The notes under the pieces: generated by a model
Database searches by the model: none
What the model was told of the DNA's origin: nothing
Seen by the model: the letters and a program-made list of their open reading frames with translations, nothing else
Source of the DNA: a virus
Lineage: Duplodnaviria; Caudoviricetes
IMG/VR virus record: IMGVR_UViG_3300034166_000764
Span: 1 to 52,192 of that record
Reading direction: 5' to 3' (one strand)
DNA length: 52,192 nt
Position numbers and translations under genes: made by a program
Shown here: positions 9,159 through 17,395 of the stretch, in pieces
Numbering within the stretch: the first letter of the stretch is position 1
Layout: each line of letters starts with the position of its first letter

Positions 9159-10100
9159 TTACCAATTAATAGCACCTTTAGCGTATTCAGTAGCTCTGTT
9201 TTCAAAGAAATTAGTATGTTCCTTAGCTGATAGCATAGTATCCATGTATGGTAAAGGGTTTTCAGACACCTTAAATAATGGTTCATAGCCTAGACCTCTA
9301 AGTCTCATGTCAGCTAGGTACTCTATGTATTTACAAGTATCTTCTAGCTTCAATCCTACCACATCACCGTCAGCAAAGCAGAGTTTTAAGAACTCTTTTT
9401 CAGCATTTACTATGTCTATACAAGCTGTATATACTCTATCTGCTAATACTTCTAAATTAATGTTAGACTCTTGTACTAGAGTTTTAAAGAGTGTTGAGAC
9501 ACCTAAAGAGTGAATACTCTCATCTTCAGCACTCCAAGCAACTATTTGACCTACGCCTTTCATTAACCCTCTTCTGGAAAAGTTTAACAATACAGCAAAT
9601 GAGCCGAACAGGCTCACACCTTCAATAAAACCACCGAATACGGCTAGGTTAAGAGCTAGTGCCATATCTGATACACTAGCACCAGTGGAATAGTAGTGCA
9701 TTTTATCTATCTTTTTCCTCATCTCTTCATACTCTAGAAACTTACTATATTCGTTTTCAGGCAATCCTAATGTATCATTAAGGTGAGAATAAGCCCATAC
9801 GTGGATATTCTCACGTGAAGCAAAAGAAGATAACATCATAGTGATCTCAGGCAGTTGGAAATTATGTATCAGTTGCGTATTATAATTATTTTGTACTTCT
9901 AAATCCCCTTGAGTAAAGAACCTAAGTATCTGTATTAACAGATTCTTTTCACCATTTGTTAATCTGGTGTTGTAGTCTCTGATATCATCTGCCATAGGTA
10001 CTTCTGTAGGTAGCCAGTGCATTTTCTCATGCTTTTCAAATAAGTTATATGCCCATCCGTAGTGAATAGGCTTGTAGTGTTTTCTTGTTCCTAAAATCAT
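9159..10100 (-). CDS. nrdB: Ribonucleotide reductase class I beta subunit
   Basis: HWLPTEV, FFTQGD, RENIHVWAY (radical Tyr), EGVSLFGSF, DESIH, NFFE C-terminus. Confidence 0.95.
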   Translation of the reverse strand: MILGTRKHYKPIHYGWAYNLFEKHEKMHWLPTEVPMADDIRDYNTRLTNGEKNLLIQILRFFTQGDLEVQNNYNTQLIHNFQLPEITMMLSSFASRENIHVWAYSHLNDTLGLPENEYSKFLEYEEMRKKIDKMHYYSTGASVSDMALALNLAVFGGFIEGVSLFGSFAVLLNFSRRGLMKGVGQIVAWSAEDESIHSLGVSTLFKTLVQESNINLEVLADRVYTACIDIVNAEKEFLKLCFADGDVVGLKLEDTCKYIEYLADMRLRGLGYEPLFKVSENPLPYMDTMLSAKEHTNFFENRATEYAKGAINW

Positions 10101-10111
10101 AGTGCGTATAT

Positions 10112-10140
10112 ATTATAGTATCCCTTTTTCTTGTTTTCAA
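10112..10140 (-). promoter_or_regulatory. Sigma-70-type promoter for nrdB
   Basis: TTGAAA-17 nt-TATAAT on the minus strand, 11 nt before the ATG. Confidence 0.7.
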
Positions 10141-10291
10141 TCATTAAGATTCTTAATCTTTAATATTTTGTAAGTCTTATCTTTAGTTACTAGCTTACTT
10201 CCAACTACTGGAAGTAGAATATCTTTAAGAAGAGCAATAATCTTAGCTTTTTCTCTCTCTTCTTTTCTTACCTTTTTGCTCTTCATAATTA

Positions 10292-10489
10292 CTAATTCTC
10301 TATCTGTGAGCAGTCTATTAAACTAATATCTACACTAGAATCAAAATCACTAAAGTAATGAATATTAGCTATACTATAATCTGGATGTATAGAGTAGCCA
10401 TAGCTGTTTAATAAGTTAATCAGCTCTAGTTCTGGTATTCTTAGTTCTATTTTAAGCGGTTTTTTATTTTCTGTTTTCCTTGTTTTCAT
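10292..10489 (-). CDS. Hypothetical protein
   Basis: 65-aa ORF with RBS. Confidence 0.55.
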   Translation of the reverse strand: MKTRKTENKKPLKIELRIPELELINLLNSYGYSIHPDYSIANIHYFSDFDSSVDISLIDCSQIEN

Positions 10490-10500
10490 ATCCTATCCTT

Positions 10501-10713
10501 TTATGAGTTTACTTCCCCTAACATTACTGAACTATCATCCAGTACCCAAAATATAATCTTCTTAGACGGTTTAAGTAGTTCTAATGACTTAATCATATTT
10601 TGAGTGTTATTAGTTTTAAGTACATGCTTAATATGTATAGCATGTTTATCAGTTGGTGTTTCAACTGTGAAATGCTCAAATTCTCTCAGTTCTTTTAATA
10701 TATTATCTAACAT
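10501..10713 (-). CDS. Hypothetical protein
   Basis: 70-aa ORF in the early-gene array. Confidence 0.55.
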   Translation of the reverse strand: MLDNILKELREFEHFTVETPTDKHAIHIKHVLKTNNTQNMIKSLELLKPSKKIIFWVLDDSSVMLGEVNS

Positions 10714-10845
10714 TCTTAGTCATCCAAGTATTTTTAACTACACTACATACATTAATCACTATATCAGCAAGCACTATAAATACTGCTATCGGTATAAAGA
10801 TTAATACACAAGCTACTAATCCTATTATTAAATCTATTATTATCA

Positions 10846-11058
10846 TTATTTCACTTCCTCATAATCTTCACTAAGATACTCTTTAAACCTATCTATACTC
10901 TTTATTATCACTTCACTAGCTGGATAACCTTGCATGATTAATAAATTAGCATCATCAGCTATCGTATATAGGTATGAGTTGATATTATCTGATTCGTAAA
11001 TCTCGTTATCATCTAATACCTTTCTCAGTTCTATTAATAAATCTGATACTTTAGTCAT
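10846..11058 (-). CDS. Hypothetical protein
   Basis: 70-aa ORF with GAGG RBS. Confidence 0.6.
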   Translation of the reverse strand: MTKVSDLLIELRKVLDDNEIYESDNINSYLYTIADDANLLIMQGYPASEVIIKSIDRFKEYLSEDYEEVK

Positions 11059-11079
11059 TTTCTTAACCCTCTTTTATTT

Positions 11080-11304
11080 TTAACGTAATATTTTACGCAT
11101 CTCATTAGGCGTGTAATTATGTTGTAGCCTGCGAGGTGTTACATCGTTCAATAATCCCCTAGCAGTTCTATTTACTTCATAGTGAAACTCTATCCTAAGT
11201 TCTAGGGTTCTTACTCTCTTTAACTTTTTTCTGAGCCTATCGACAGCATCACATCCATGACTTAAGGCACTCATTACTTGAGAATTTATTTCTTGATTAG
11301 TCAT
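11080..11304 (-). CDS. Hypothetical protein
   Basis: 74-aa ORF overlapping the upstream gene. Confidence 0.55.
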   Translation of the reverse strand: MTNQEINSQVMSALSHGCDAVDRLRKKLKRVRTLELRIEFHYEVNRTARGLLNDVTPRRLQHNYTPNEMRKILR

Positions 11305-11639
11305 TGTTTACCTACCTTTAATTCACTAATAACACTAGAAAGCCCTTTATTAGATAACTCTAAATAGTTTATAGTAGCTCTATAATCTCGGTTAGTAGCT
11401 GCTACATAAGCTATCATTTCTGCTTTCATGCCTTCACTAAAAACAGCATAATAGTATATTGCATAATCTAATAAACTGCTGCCCTCTGGAAGAGGTAATA
11501 ATCGCTTAAGTTCTTTATAGTAAGTATTGAACTTTTTAGTTTTAAGTTTAGGTATTTTATTATATTTAATCATATGCTCATAGTGTTCTAATTCCTCTGG
11601 TAACATATAAAATACGCTTTTTAAAGTGTGGTTATTCAT
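11301..11639 (-). CDS. Hypothetical protein
   Basis: 112-aa ORF with GAGGT RBS. Confidence 0.6.
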   Translation of the reverse strand: MNNHTLKSVFYMLPEELEHYEHMIKYNKIPKLKTKKFNTYYKELKRLLPLPEGSSLLDYAIYYYAVFSEGMKAEMIAYVAATNRDYRATINYLELSNKGLSSVISELKVGKQ

Positions 11640-11810
11640 GGTCTATTACCTCACCTACTATTCTTTTAATTAATTCGCTAGCCTCTTCTATAGCCTCACT
11701 AGCCTCTATTTCTCTGATTATGTACTCTTCATCCATACCAATATCTATTTTAGATATTAGTTTCTTTATGTTATTGTAATTGTTCATATTTTTACCTCTC
11801 TTTTTTGTTA

Positions 11811-12545
11811 TTAAATCCTATCTATTATCCATGTATCACTGTCCTTAGTCCAGCTTATTTTACGCATATTTAAACCTAATTTTTTTAATATAGATTCGTG
11901 ATAGCTAATTCCCACGCCCCCATCAAATTTAGGTAAATTTAACCCGTATTGACTTATCCCGTAATTAATGGATTCTCTCAGTTCTAAATTATTCTTACTT
12001 ACTAAGCCCTTGATCTCATTAGCATTTCTATTAATACATAATAATTTTTCTATTTTATTAAGAATTAACTTTTTAATAACTACTGATTGATTTAATAAAT
12101 CAGCCGTACTCGTTGATTCTTTGCAATATCCACACCCGCTAATTTTATAAGAATTCTCATAAAATTCTAGCGAATAGCCTTTAGTATGAAATACTGTTAA
12201 TTTTCCCCTTGGATTACTGCCCCAAGTAGCTGACTTTTTCCAGTCTGTATGTATTGACATATCTCTAAAATCTTCTAAATTAAAAGATTCGATTTTATCT
12301 AAATCAGCTAAGAGCTTATTATATTTTTTATCTAGATCTTTTAACTCTTTTTTAGCTTTTTTAGGGTCTTCTGTTTCTTTATTTTTTGTTTCTCTTTTAT
12401 CATAATCGGGATTCTCAGCTATAAAAGTTTCTAATGCTTTTAAAGCATTTTCGAGATCTTGCGAATATTCAGCTTTTTTAGCTTCATATAGATTTTTATA
12501 AAAATCTCTTAATAGTTCATATTTTGTTGGTGCTGTATTTTCCAT
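11811..12545 (-). CDS. Hypothetical early protein
   Basis: 244-aa ORF; WKKSATWGSNP and SGCGYCKEST motifs. Confidence 0.7.
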   Translation of the reverse strand: MENTAPTKYELLRDFYKNLYEAKKAEYSQDLENALKALETFIAENPDYDKRETKNKETEDPKKAKKELKDLDKKYNKLLADLDKIESFNLEDFRDMSIHTDWKKSATWGSNPRGKLTVFHTKGYSLEFYENSYKISGCGYCKESTSTADLLNQSVVIKKLILNKIEKLLCINRNANEIKGLVSKNNLELRESINYGISQYGLNLPKFDGGVGISYHESILKKLGLNMRKISWTKDSDTWIIDRI

Positions 12546-12562
12546 TTTGTTTATTTTTCCTT

Positions 12563-12934
12563 TTATTTTAAAATTATATTTTCTAACCTTTCATTTTTAT
12601 ACTTGTCATAAGCTTGTAGATACTTTTCTTTTCTAGTATCATCATCTAGAAGTTTATTATCTTTTAAAGTTTTTAGTAATTCCTTTTTAATCCATTTGGG
12701 GGTTTTACGCCATTCGTTAACAAGATAATACCCATCTATTGAATAATTACATTTTTCAAAATGCCCTAATTTGCGTAAAAATAAGGTGTCGGTATACCCG
12801 AGACAGTTCTCTGGAGTCTCAATATATACATACGTATCAAATTCATTAACACCATATTCTTTAAATGTATAATAGATAGTGTCTACATGTATCACGTACT
12901 CTAACCCTTCAAATTTTCTACTTTTTAGTTTCAT
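12563..12934 (-). CDS. Hypothetical early protein
   Basis: 123-aa ORF with AAGGA RBS. Confidence 0.6.
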   Translation of the reverse strand: MKLKSRKFEGLEYVIHVDTIYYTFKEYGVNEFDTYVYIETPENCLGYTDTLFLRKLGHFEKCNYSIDGYYLVNEWRKTPKWIKKELLKTLKDNKLLDDDTRKEKYLQAYDKYKNERLENIILK

Positions 12935-13042
12935 TATTTATTCCTTTAATAGTTTTAATTTGTTCATCTGTTAGTTACACCTACTATATGATTCTCTTTT
13001 ACTAACTCATAATATTTCATTTTTATATATTCCCTTTATTTT

Positions 13043-13324
13043 TTAAATAAAATTGTAATTACTAGCTAATTTAGCTTGTTCTGTCCATATTCCATAATTA
13101 TTTGACCAGTTTCGGTCCCTTATAGCATACTCTTTACCTTTAATTTTAAAGGTTAAATAATCATAAAATTTTGACGTTACAGGATTATAAGTTAGTTTTT
13201 CTTTAACTAATAAAATTTCATTCTCATTAAATTCTGAAAAGTATTGCTCAGCTCTGAGCACTTCTAAGCCATTTATTTTTAAGCTAGAATTTCTAGCTAT
13301 AGTACATTCTATTGTTATTTTCAT
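13043..13324 (-). CDS. Hypothetical early protein
   Basis: 93-aa ORF. Confidence 0.6.
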   Translation of the reverse strand: MKITIECTIARNSSLKINGLEVLRAEQYFSEFNENEILLVKEKLTYNPVTSKFYDYLTFKIKGKEYAIRDRNWSNNYGIWTEQAKLASNYNFI

Positions 13325-13327
13325 AAT

Positions 13328-13561
13328 TTATTTATTCCTTATTATATTCTCAATACTATTCCTATCATAGATGTAATACCCATCTATCATTTGCCCATCT
13401 TCATCAAATATATAATCTGGTAAATCATTAACTAACTCAATAGTTAGAACATGCCCTGTATTAAATATTGATAAATCAGCTATTATATATATTTTATCAC
13501 TATCTAAAATAATTTCTAGATCGTTAGTATTTAATAGTTCTATTAGTTCTGTTTCTGTCAT
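13328..13561 (-). CDS. Hypothetical acidic early protein (MTET start)
   Basis: 77-aa ORF; shares a 25-bp start region with 13619-13882. Confidence 0.6.
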   Translation of the reverse strand: MTETELIELLNTNDLEIILDSDKIYIIADLSIFNTGHVLTIELVNDLPDYIFDEDGQMIDGYYIYDRNSIENIIRNK

Positions 13562-13574
13562 AATTATTTATTCC

Positions 13575-13600
13575 AAGCAGTTTTTTGACTTGCTTAAGTC
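13575..13600 (-). promoter_or_regulatory. Candidate H-type pseudoknot leader, copy 1
   Basis: GACTTAAGCAAGTCAAAAAACTGCTT: GACT/AGTC stem; loop AAGCA pairs with TGCTT; directly before RBS. Confidence 0.55.
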
Positions 13601-13618
13601 TTGGTTACTAATTAACTT

Positions 13619-13882
13619 CTATTCCTTATCCCATATGATATTTTCTAAAAAGTTTCTAATATTCTCTTGTATTATATCGTCAAGATAAACAAAGTAAACT
13701 TCTTGCTCAGTACATATCATCACTTCCCTTGACTCTATCTCGCTTAAATGAAGTTCAACTATCTCGCCTAGTTGCGGGCAGTGAACAGTAGTCCATCCGT
13801 CACAATACACACTATCATTTGATAGCTTGTTTATAAGCTCTAGCGCTTTCAAAATCTTCTTATTATATGCTGTTTCTGTCAT
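13619..13882 (-). CDS. Hypothetical acidic early protein (MTET start)
   Basis: 87-aa ORF. Confidence 0.6.
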   Translation of the reverse strand: MTETAYNKKILKALELINKLSNDSVYCDGWTTVHCPQLGEIVELHLSEIESREVMICTEQEVYFVYLDDIIQENIRNFLENIIWDKE

Positions 13883-13927
13883 AATTATTTATTCCTTATT
13901 ATATTTTTTCTTTTTCCTTAACTAGCG

Positions 13928-14128
13928 TTACAGTTCCAATATTTTTTTAATGGCAGAACTGCTGCCGAGATAAAACTCTTTATTATTTATTTCTAGTAAC
14001 CCCTTAAAAAAATTAAGGTTTACTGTCGGCTCTTCTAATTTTTCAAGAAAATTTTTAATTTCCTGTGAAGTGTTGATTTTCACAAGTTTTAGTCTCAAAA
14101 CTTTTTTGTTGAATTTATAATTTTTCAT
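13928..14128 (-). CDS. Hypothetical early protein
   Basis: 66-aa ORF with AAGGAG RBS. Confidence 0.6.
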   Translation of the reverse strand: MKNYKFNKKVLRLKLVKINTSQEIKNFLEKLEEPTVNLNFFKGLLEINNKEFYLGSSSAIKKILEL

Positions 14129-14144
14129 TTTTTTTTTTCTCCTT

Positions 14145-14170
14145 AAGCAGTTTACGACTTGCTTAGGTCG
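14145..14170 (-). promoter_or_regulatory. Candidate H-type pseudoknot leader, copy 2
   Basis: CGACCTAAGCAAGTCGTAAACTGCTT immediately followed by AAGGAG. Confidence 0.55.
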
Positions 14171-14185
14171 TTGCTAATTTAATTC

Positions 14186-14229
14186 AAAAAAAATAGAGAC
14201 AGCTAATTTAATAACTGTCTCTATTTTTT
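14186..14229. terminator. Bidirectional intrinsic terminator-like hairpin
   Basis: A-tract-TAGAGACAG...CTGTCTCTA-T-tract after the 14228-14530 gene. Confidence 0.7.
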
Positions 14230-14530
14230 ATCTTATTGCCTCAAGCAAGCTATTAACTTGCTCTTGCGATAGAGAAGTATCTCTACCTCTGTAACTTAAG
14301 CTAGCTGGGCTAGCTGGCTCAGTGATGTTACCATCCCAAGCCTCTTTTATAGTCCAGTTACCTGAACTATAAAATGTGGCATGGTGAACATAGCTGTTCA
14401 CCCACCCTGTTTCTTTATCCCAATGACGGGATAAAGGATTTTCTAAAATACTAGGCAACTGCCTAGCAATTTTAGATTCTATTTCACGCTCTTCTTGAGC
14501 GTATTTTGATTTTAATTCTTCGTTTCTCAT
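14228..14530 (-). CDS. First early gene, hypothetical
   Basis: 100-aa ORF directly behind a sigma-70 promoter. Confidence 0.65.
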   Translation of the reverse strand: MRNEELKSKYAQEEREIESKIARQLPSILENPLSRHWDKETGWVNSYVHHATFYSSGNWTIKEAWDGNITEPASPASLSYRGRDTSLSQEQVNSLLEAIR

Positions 14531-14536
14531 ACTATT

Positions 14537-14565
14537 AATATAGCAAAGTTAGATTAAGAAATCAA
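14537..14565 (-). promoter_or_regulatory. Sigma-70 early promoter, probably leaderless transcript
   Basis: TTGATT-17 nt-TATATT with TGn extension, 6 nt before the ATG; no SD. Confidence 0.65.
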
Positions 14566-15266
14566 TAAGAACTTTCAATATTTAGATTAACTTTCTTTAA
14601 TACAACTAATAAATATTTATGCTATAATGCCCATAATTCTAATTGTTATAAAGTAACATTAAAATGTAATAGATATTACTCAGCTAGAATCATTTGAGTA
14701 ATAATCATTTGAACTCAAATTATTAGTATAGTTATTATATGCCTTGCAATTATTACAGTTCTAATAATTAGTATGCTGATTATACTTATAGATATAATAT
14801 CTATACCCTTACACTTATAGGTATATACATAAGTTGAGGCGGAAAATGACCCACTCCTCACACATAATGTCAAGTTAATTATATTTAATATTCAAATTAG
14901 GGTTATGCCTAAATGTTATAAAGTAACAATTAGATATAAAATGCTTATCGGCACTCAAATTTAAATTGATACCCCCATACTTATACCTCAATTAAGCTAA
15001 AATCGCTTGCCTGCTGATAAGCAACATAAACAAGCTAAAATATTAGATATAAAATGCTTATCGGCATACCCGCTAATGCTGCTGATAACATAAAATAACG
15101 TTAAACATTAGTATAGTATCAAGATAACACTATATTATCTTAAATAGAAACGTGATTCTAGAGCCATTTCTTAATTAAAATACTAAAATTGGGGGATTAT
15201 CTTAATCATATAATTATTTAATAATTGATTTAACCAATTCATAACTAAATGGTGTATAATATAAGT

Positions 15267-15386
15267 ATGAGAGACCAAGATAAACAGTTTATTAAGATTA
15301 TGATAGGCTTTGCGGTATGCATAGCTCTATGGCATACCATAGAAACTAACTGCTTAGTACCGCCACTAGCAACTATCCCCTTCTAA
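15267..15386 (+). CDS. Small putative membrane peptide (39 aa)
   Basis: MRDQDKQFIKIMIGFAVCIALWHTIETNCLVPPLATIPF; TATAAT 6 nt upstream of the ATG. Confidence 0.45.
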   Translation: MRDQDKQFIKIMIGFAVCIALWHTIETNCLVPPLATIPF

Positions 15387-16724
15387 CTACATTGGGGGTA
15401 AGATAACATCAAGCCCCCTAATCCCCCCAATCTTTAGCAGGCAAATATATTCCATGCCTTGTTAAACTTAACATGCCTTATTCATGAAAATAAGAGATAT
15501 ATTATATCATCCTTATTCCTCCTAGCATCTCATCGAATGGGGAAAGGGTGGGGTTTGGTTGGGCTGGAAACGTCATAAAAACAGAGTGTACGTGATGCTA
15601 ACCCCTCAAATAATAAAAGTCTCTAAAAATACGCACTCACGTTATGTTTTAAGTTATTTTATGTCTCAAATTTATACTTTATTTGCGACAAACTTGTCTA
15701 GCTTAACCAGTAAAAAAAGAGGCTACGCGTAGTTTAAAAAACTACTGTATTTAAAAATCTTTGATTTTTGAAACGTAATGTCCACCTCGTGTGGTTTACT
15801 TTGTATGGTGGAAGTCCACAAAAAGTAAACTTAGTAGCTATAAAATATACTTCCAATGTCTAGTTTTTGGTGTTAAAAACAAGCAATTTCTAAAAAATAA
15901 ACTCTATTATGATATTTCTTTTTCATGCTCAACATCTAAAATTGGTATAGATGAGCAGTATTTATCACTAACTAAATTATAAAAATAATCTGTTATCTTT
16001 TGGTCATTATTAAACTCAAGAAACTTTATATCAAATAATTCATCTTCTTCCATAGTTCAATAACATTATTCCCATTATTTCAGTATTATAACATTAAATT
16101 TTATTAATATTTACATTAGGGTTTTGCCTGTTATTTTATTTAAAATAATTGTATTTAAGAAATCTTTGATTTCTTGAAACCCTAAACTTATTTAATTTAA
16201 TTATGTCTATACTACTAGTGGCTAGAATCCTCTAGAATCGATTTATTTTAATTAAACCTCTCAATATAGCCAACTGCTATTTTAAATTGATTGTAGAGGC
16301 ACACAGACCCCTTAGAATTAATCTATGGAGGGGAGGTGACCTGCCGTGCCGCAGCCATCGTGGCGGGAGGGGGGGCAAGCTGGCAGGGGGGGGGCTGCGG
16401 AACTGGGGGGTGAGCTTTACCACCGATAGGGTATAATCCTGCTAGTTTTATGGTGTTTTATACCTGATAGGGGATAGTTGGAGCTAAAGCCGATAGTTAG
16501 CATAAGTTTAATACCGCTATTTGAAAGAAGATAAGTAAATATATATTACTCCGAACGTTATCCGCCAAAGCGGATAGCGGCTTAACAGTTAAGTAAATAC
16601 ATATACTCTTTTTTTTTATATATAAATATAATATATAACATAATACGTATAGCAGTATTATATATTATACAGTATTATATATTAATAATTAATATAAATA
16701 TATTAATTATATATTTACTATAGC

Positions 16725-16800
16725 TATATTATATATTAGCTATATTATATATTAGTTATATTATATATTAGTTATATTATATATTAGTTATATTATATAT
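16725..16800. repeat. Tandem repeat of 16-mer TATATTATATATTAGY (4 full copies plus a partial one)
   Basis: Read directly at 16725, 16741, 16757, 16773, 16789. Confidence 0.9.
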
Positions 16801-17153
16801 AACAGTATTATATATTATATATATTATATATATTAGTATTATATATTATAGTAGTATTAAATATAAAACCCCGATCCGCATGCTGCTTATAGTATGCCAT
16901 TTTTCAAAAAACGTAGCCACTATTTTAAAAATTTAATAATTTCTTAATAATTCATTAACATTTCAGTATAGTTTAAGTTTAGGTATCTGAAGTAGAAAGT
17001 AAACATCAATTCTAAGAGGTCTACAAGGTCATAGAATCAAAGTAAAGTATCTGTTTGCTATAATGTGACCTTTTTATATTTTAAATTGATTGTAGGGGAT
17101 TCTAGAGGGGTATGGTGAAATATTAAAAATAAATATAAAAATATTTGTTTTCA

Positions 17154-17184
17154 AGTAACAGAATTGTAACTCTTGAAATACTAT
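17154..17184 (+). promoter_or_regulatory. Putative phage late promoter 1
   Basis: AGTAAC-N14-TGAAATACTAT. Confidence 0.65.
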
Positions 17185-17191
17185 GATTCTT

Positions 17192-17395
17192 ATGAGTGAT
17201 TACATAGTTCAACGTATAGACAAGTTAGATGAAAAGCTCAGTAATAAAATATCTGAATTAACAGAAAGACTGCACGTTTCTCAGATGGAGCATGTAACTA
17301 AAAAAGAGTCTAATCTTAAGTTTTTTATTTTAATAATAATTAATTTTATTTCTATAGGGGTTTTAAAGCTAAGAGATTTACTGACATTTTTATGA
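17192..17395 (+). CDS. Small coiled-coil protein with C-terminal TM (holin-like)
   Basis: One hydrophobic helix (FFILIIINFISIGVL); start set at ATG 17192 from promoter spacing (ORF track gives 17183). Confidence 0.5.
   Translation: MSDYIVQRIDKLDEKLSNKISELTERLHVSQMEHVTKKESNLKFFILIIINFISIGVLKLRDLLTFL

Larger units (their letters stand above)
14531..17150. other. Large non-coding region at the strand divergence (candidate origin, packaging site or genome ends)
   Basis: No long ORFs; multiple direct and inverted repeats, G-tract block and AT-only tandem array; next to the terminase genes. Confidence 0.6.

Noticed and set aside
8921-9286. 121-aa version of this ORF
   Set aside because: 5' half overlaps nrdB out of frame; the plausible protein starts at ATG 9106
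9307-10804. Plus-strand ORFs 9307-9513 and 10604-10804
   Set aside because: Antisense to nrdB and to early genes
14922-14950. Additional late promoter AGTAAC-N14-TG
   Set aside because: Spacing fits but the downstream box (TGCTTATCGG) does not match and no late gene follows
15791-15982. 63-aa plus-strand ORF in the non-coding region
   Set aside because: GTG start with no RBS and no recognisable features; probably a chance ORF in AT-rich DNA
16608-16868. CRISPR array
   Set aside because: Repeats are head-to-tail, low complexity and have no unique spacers
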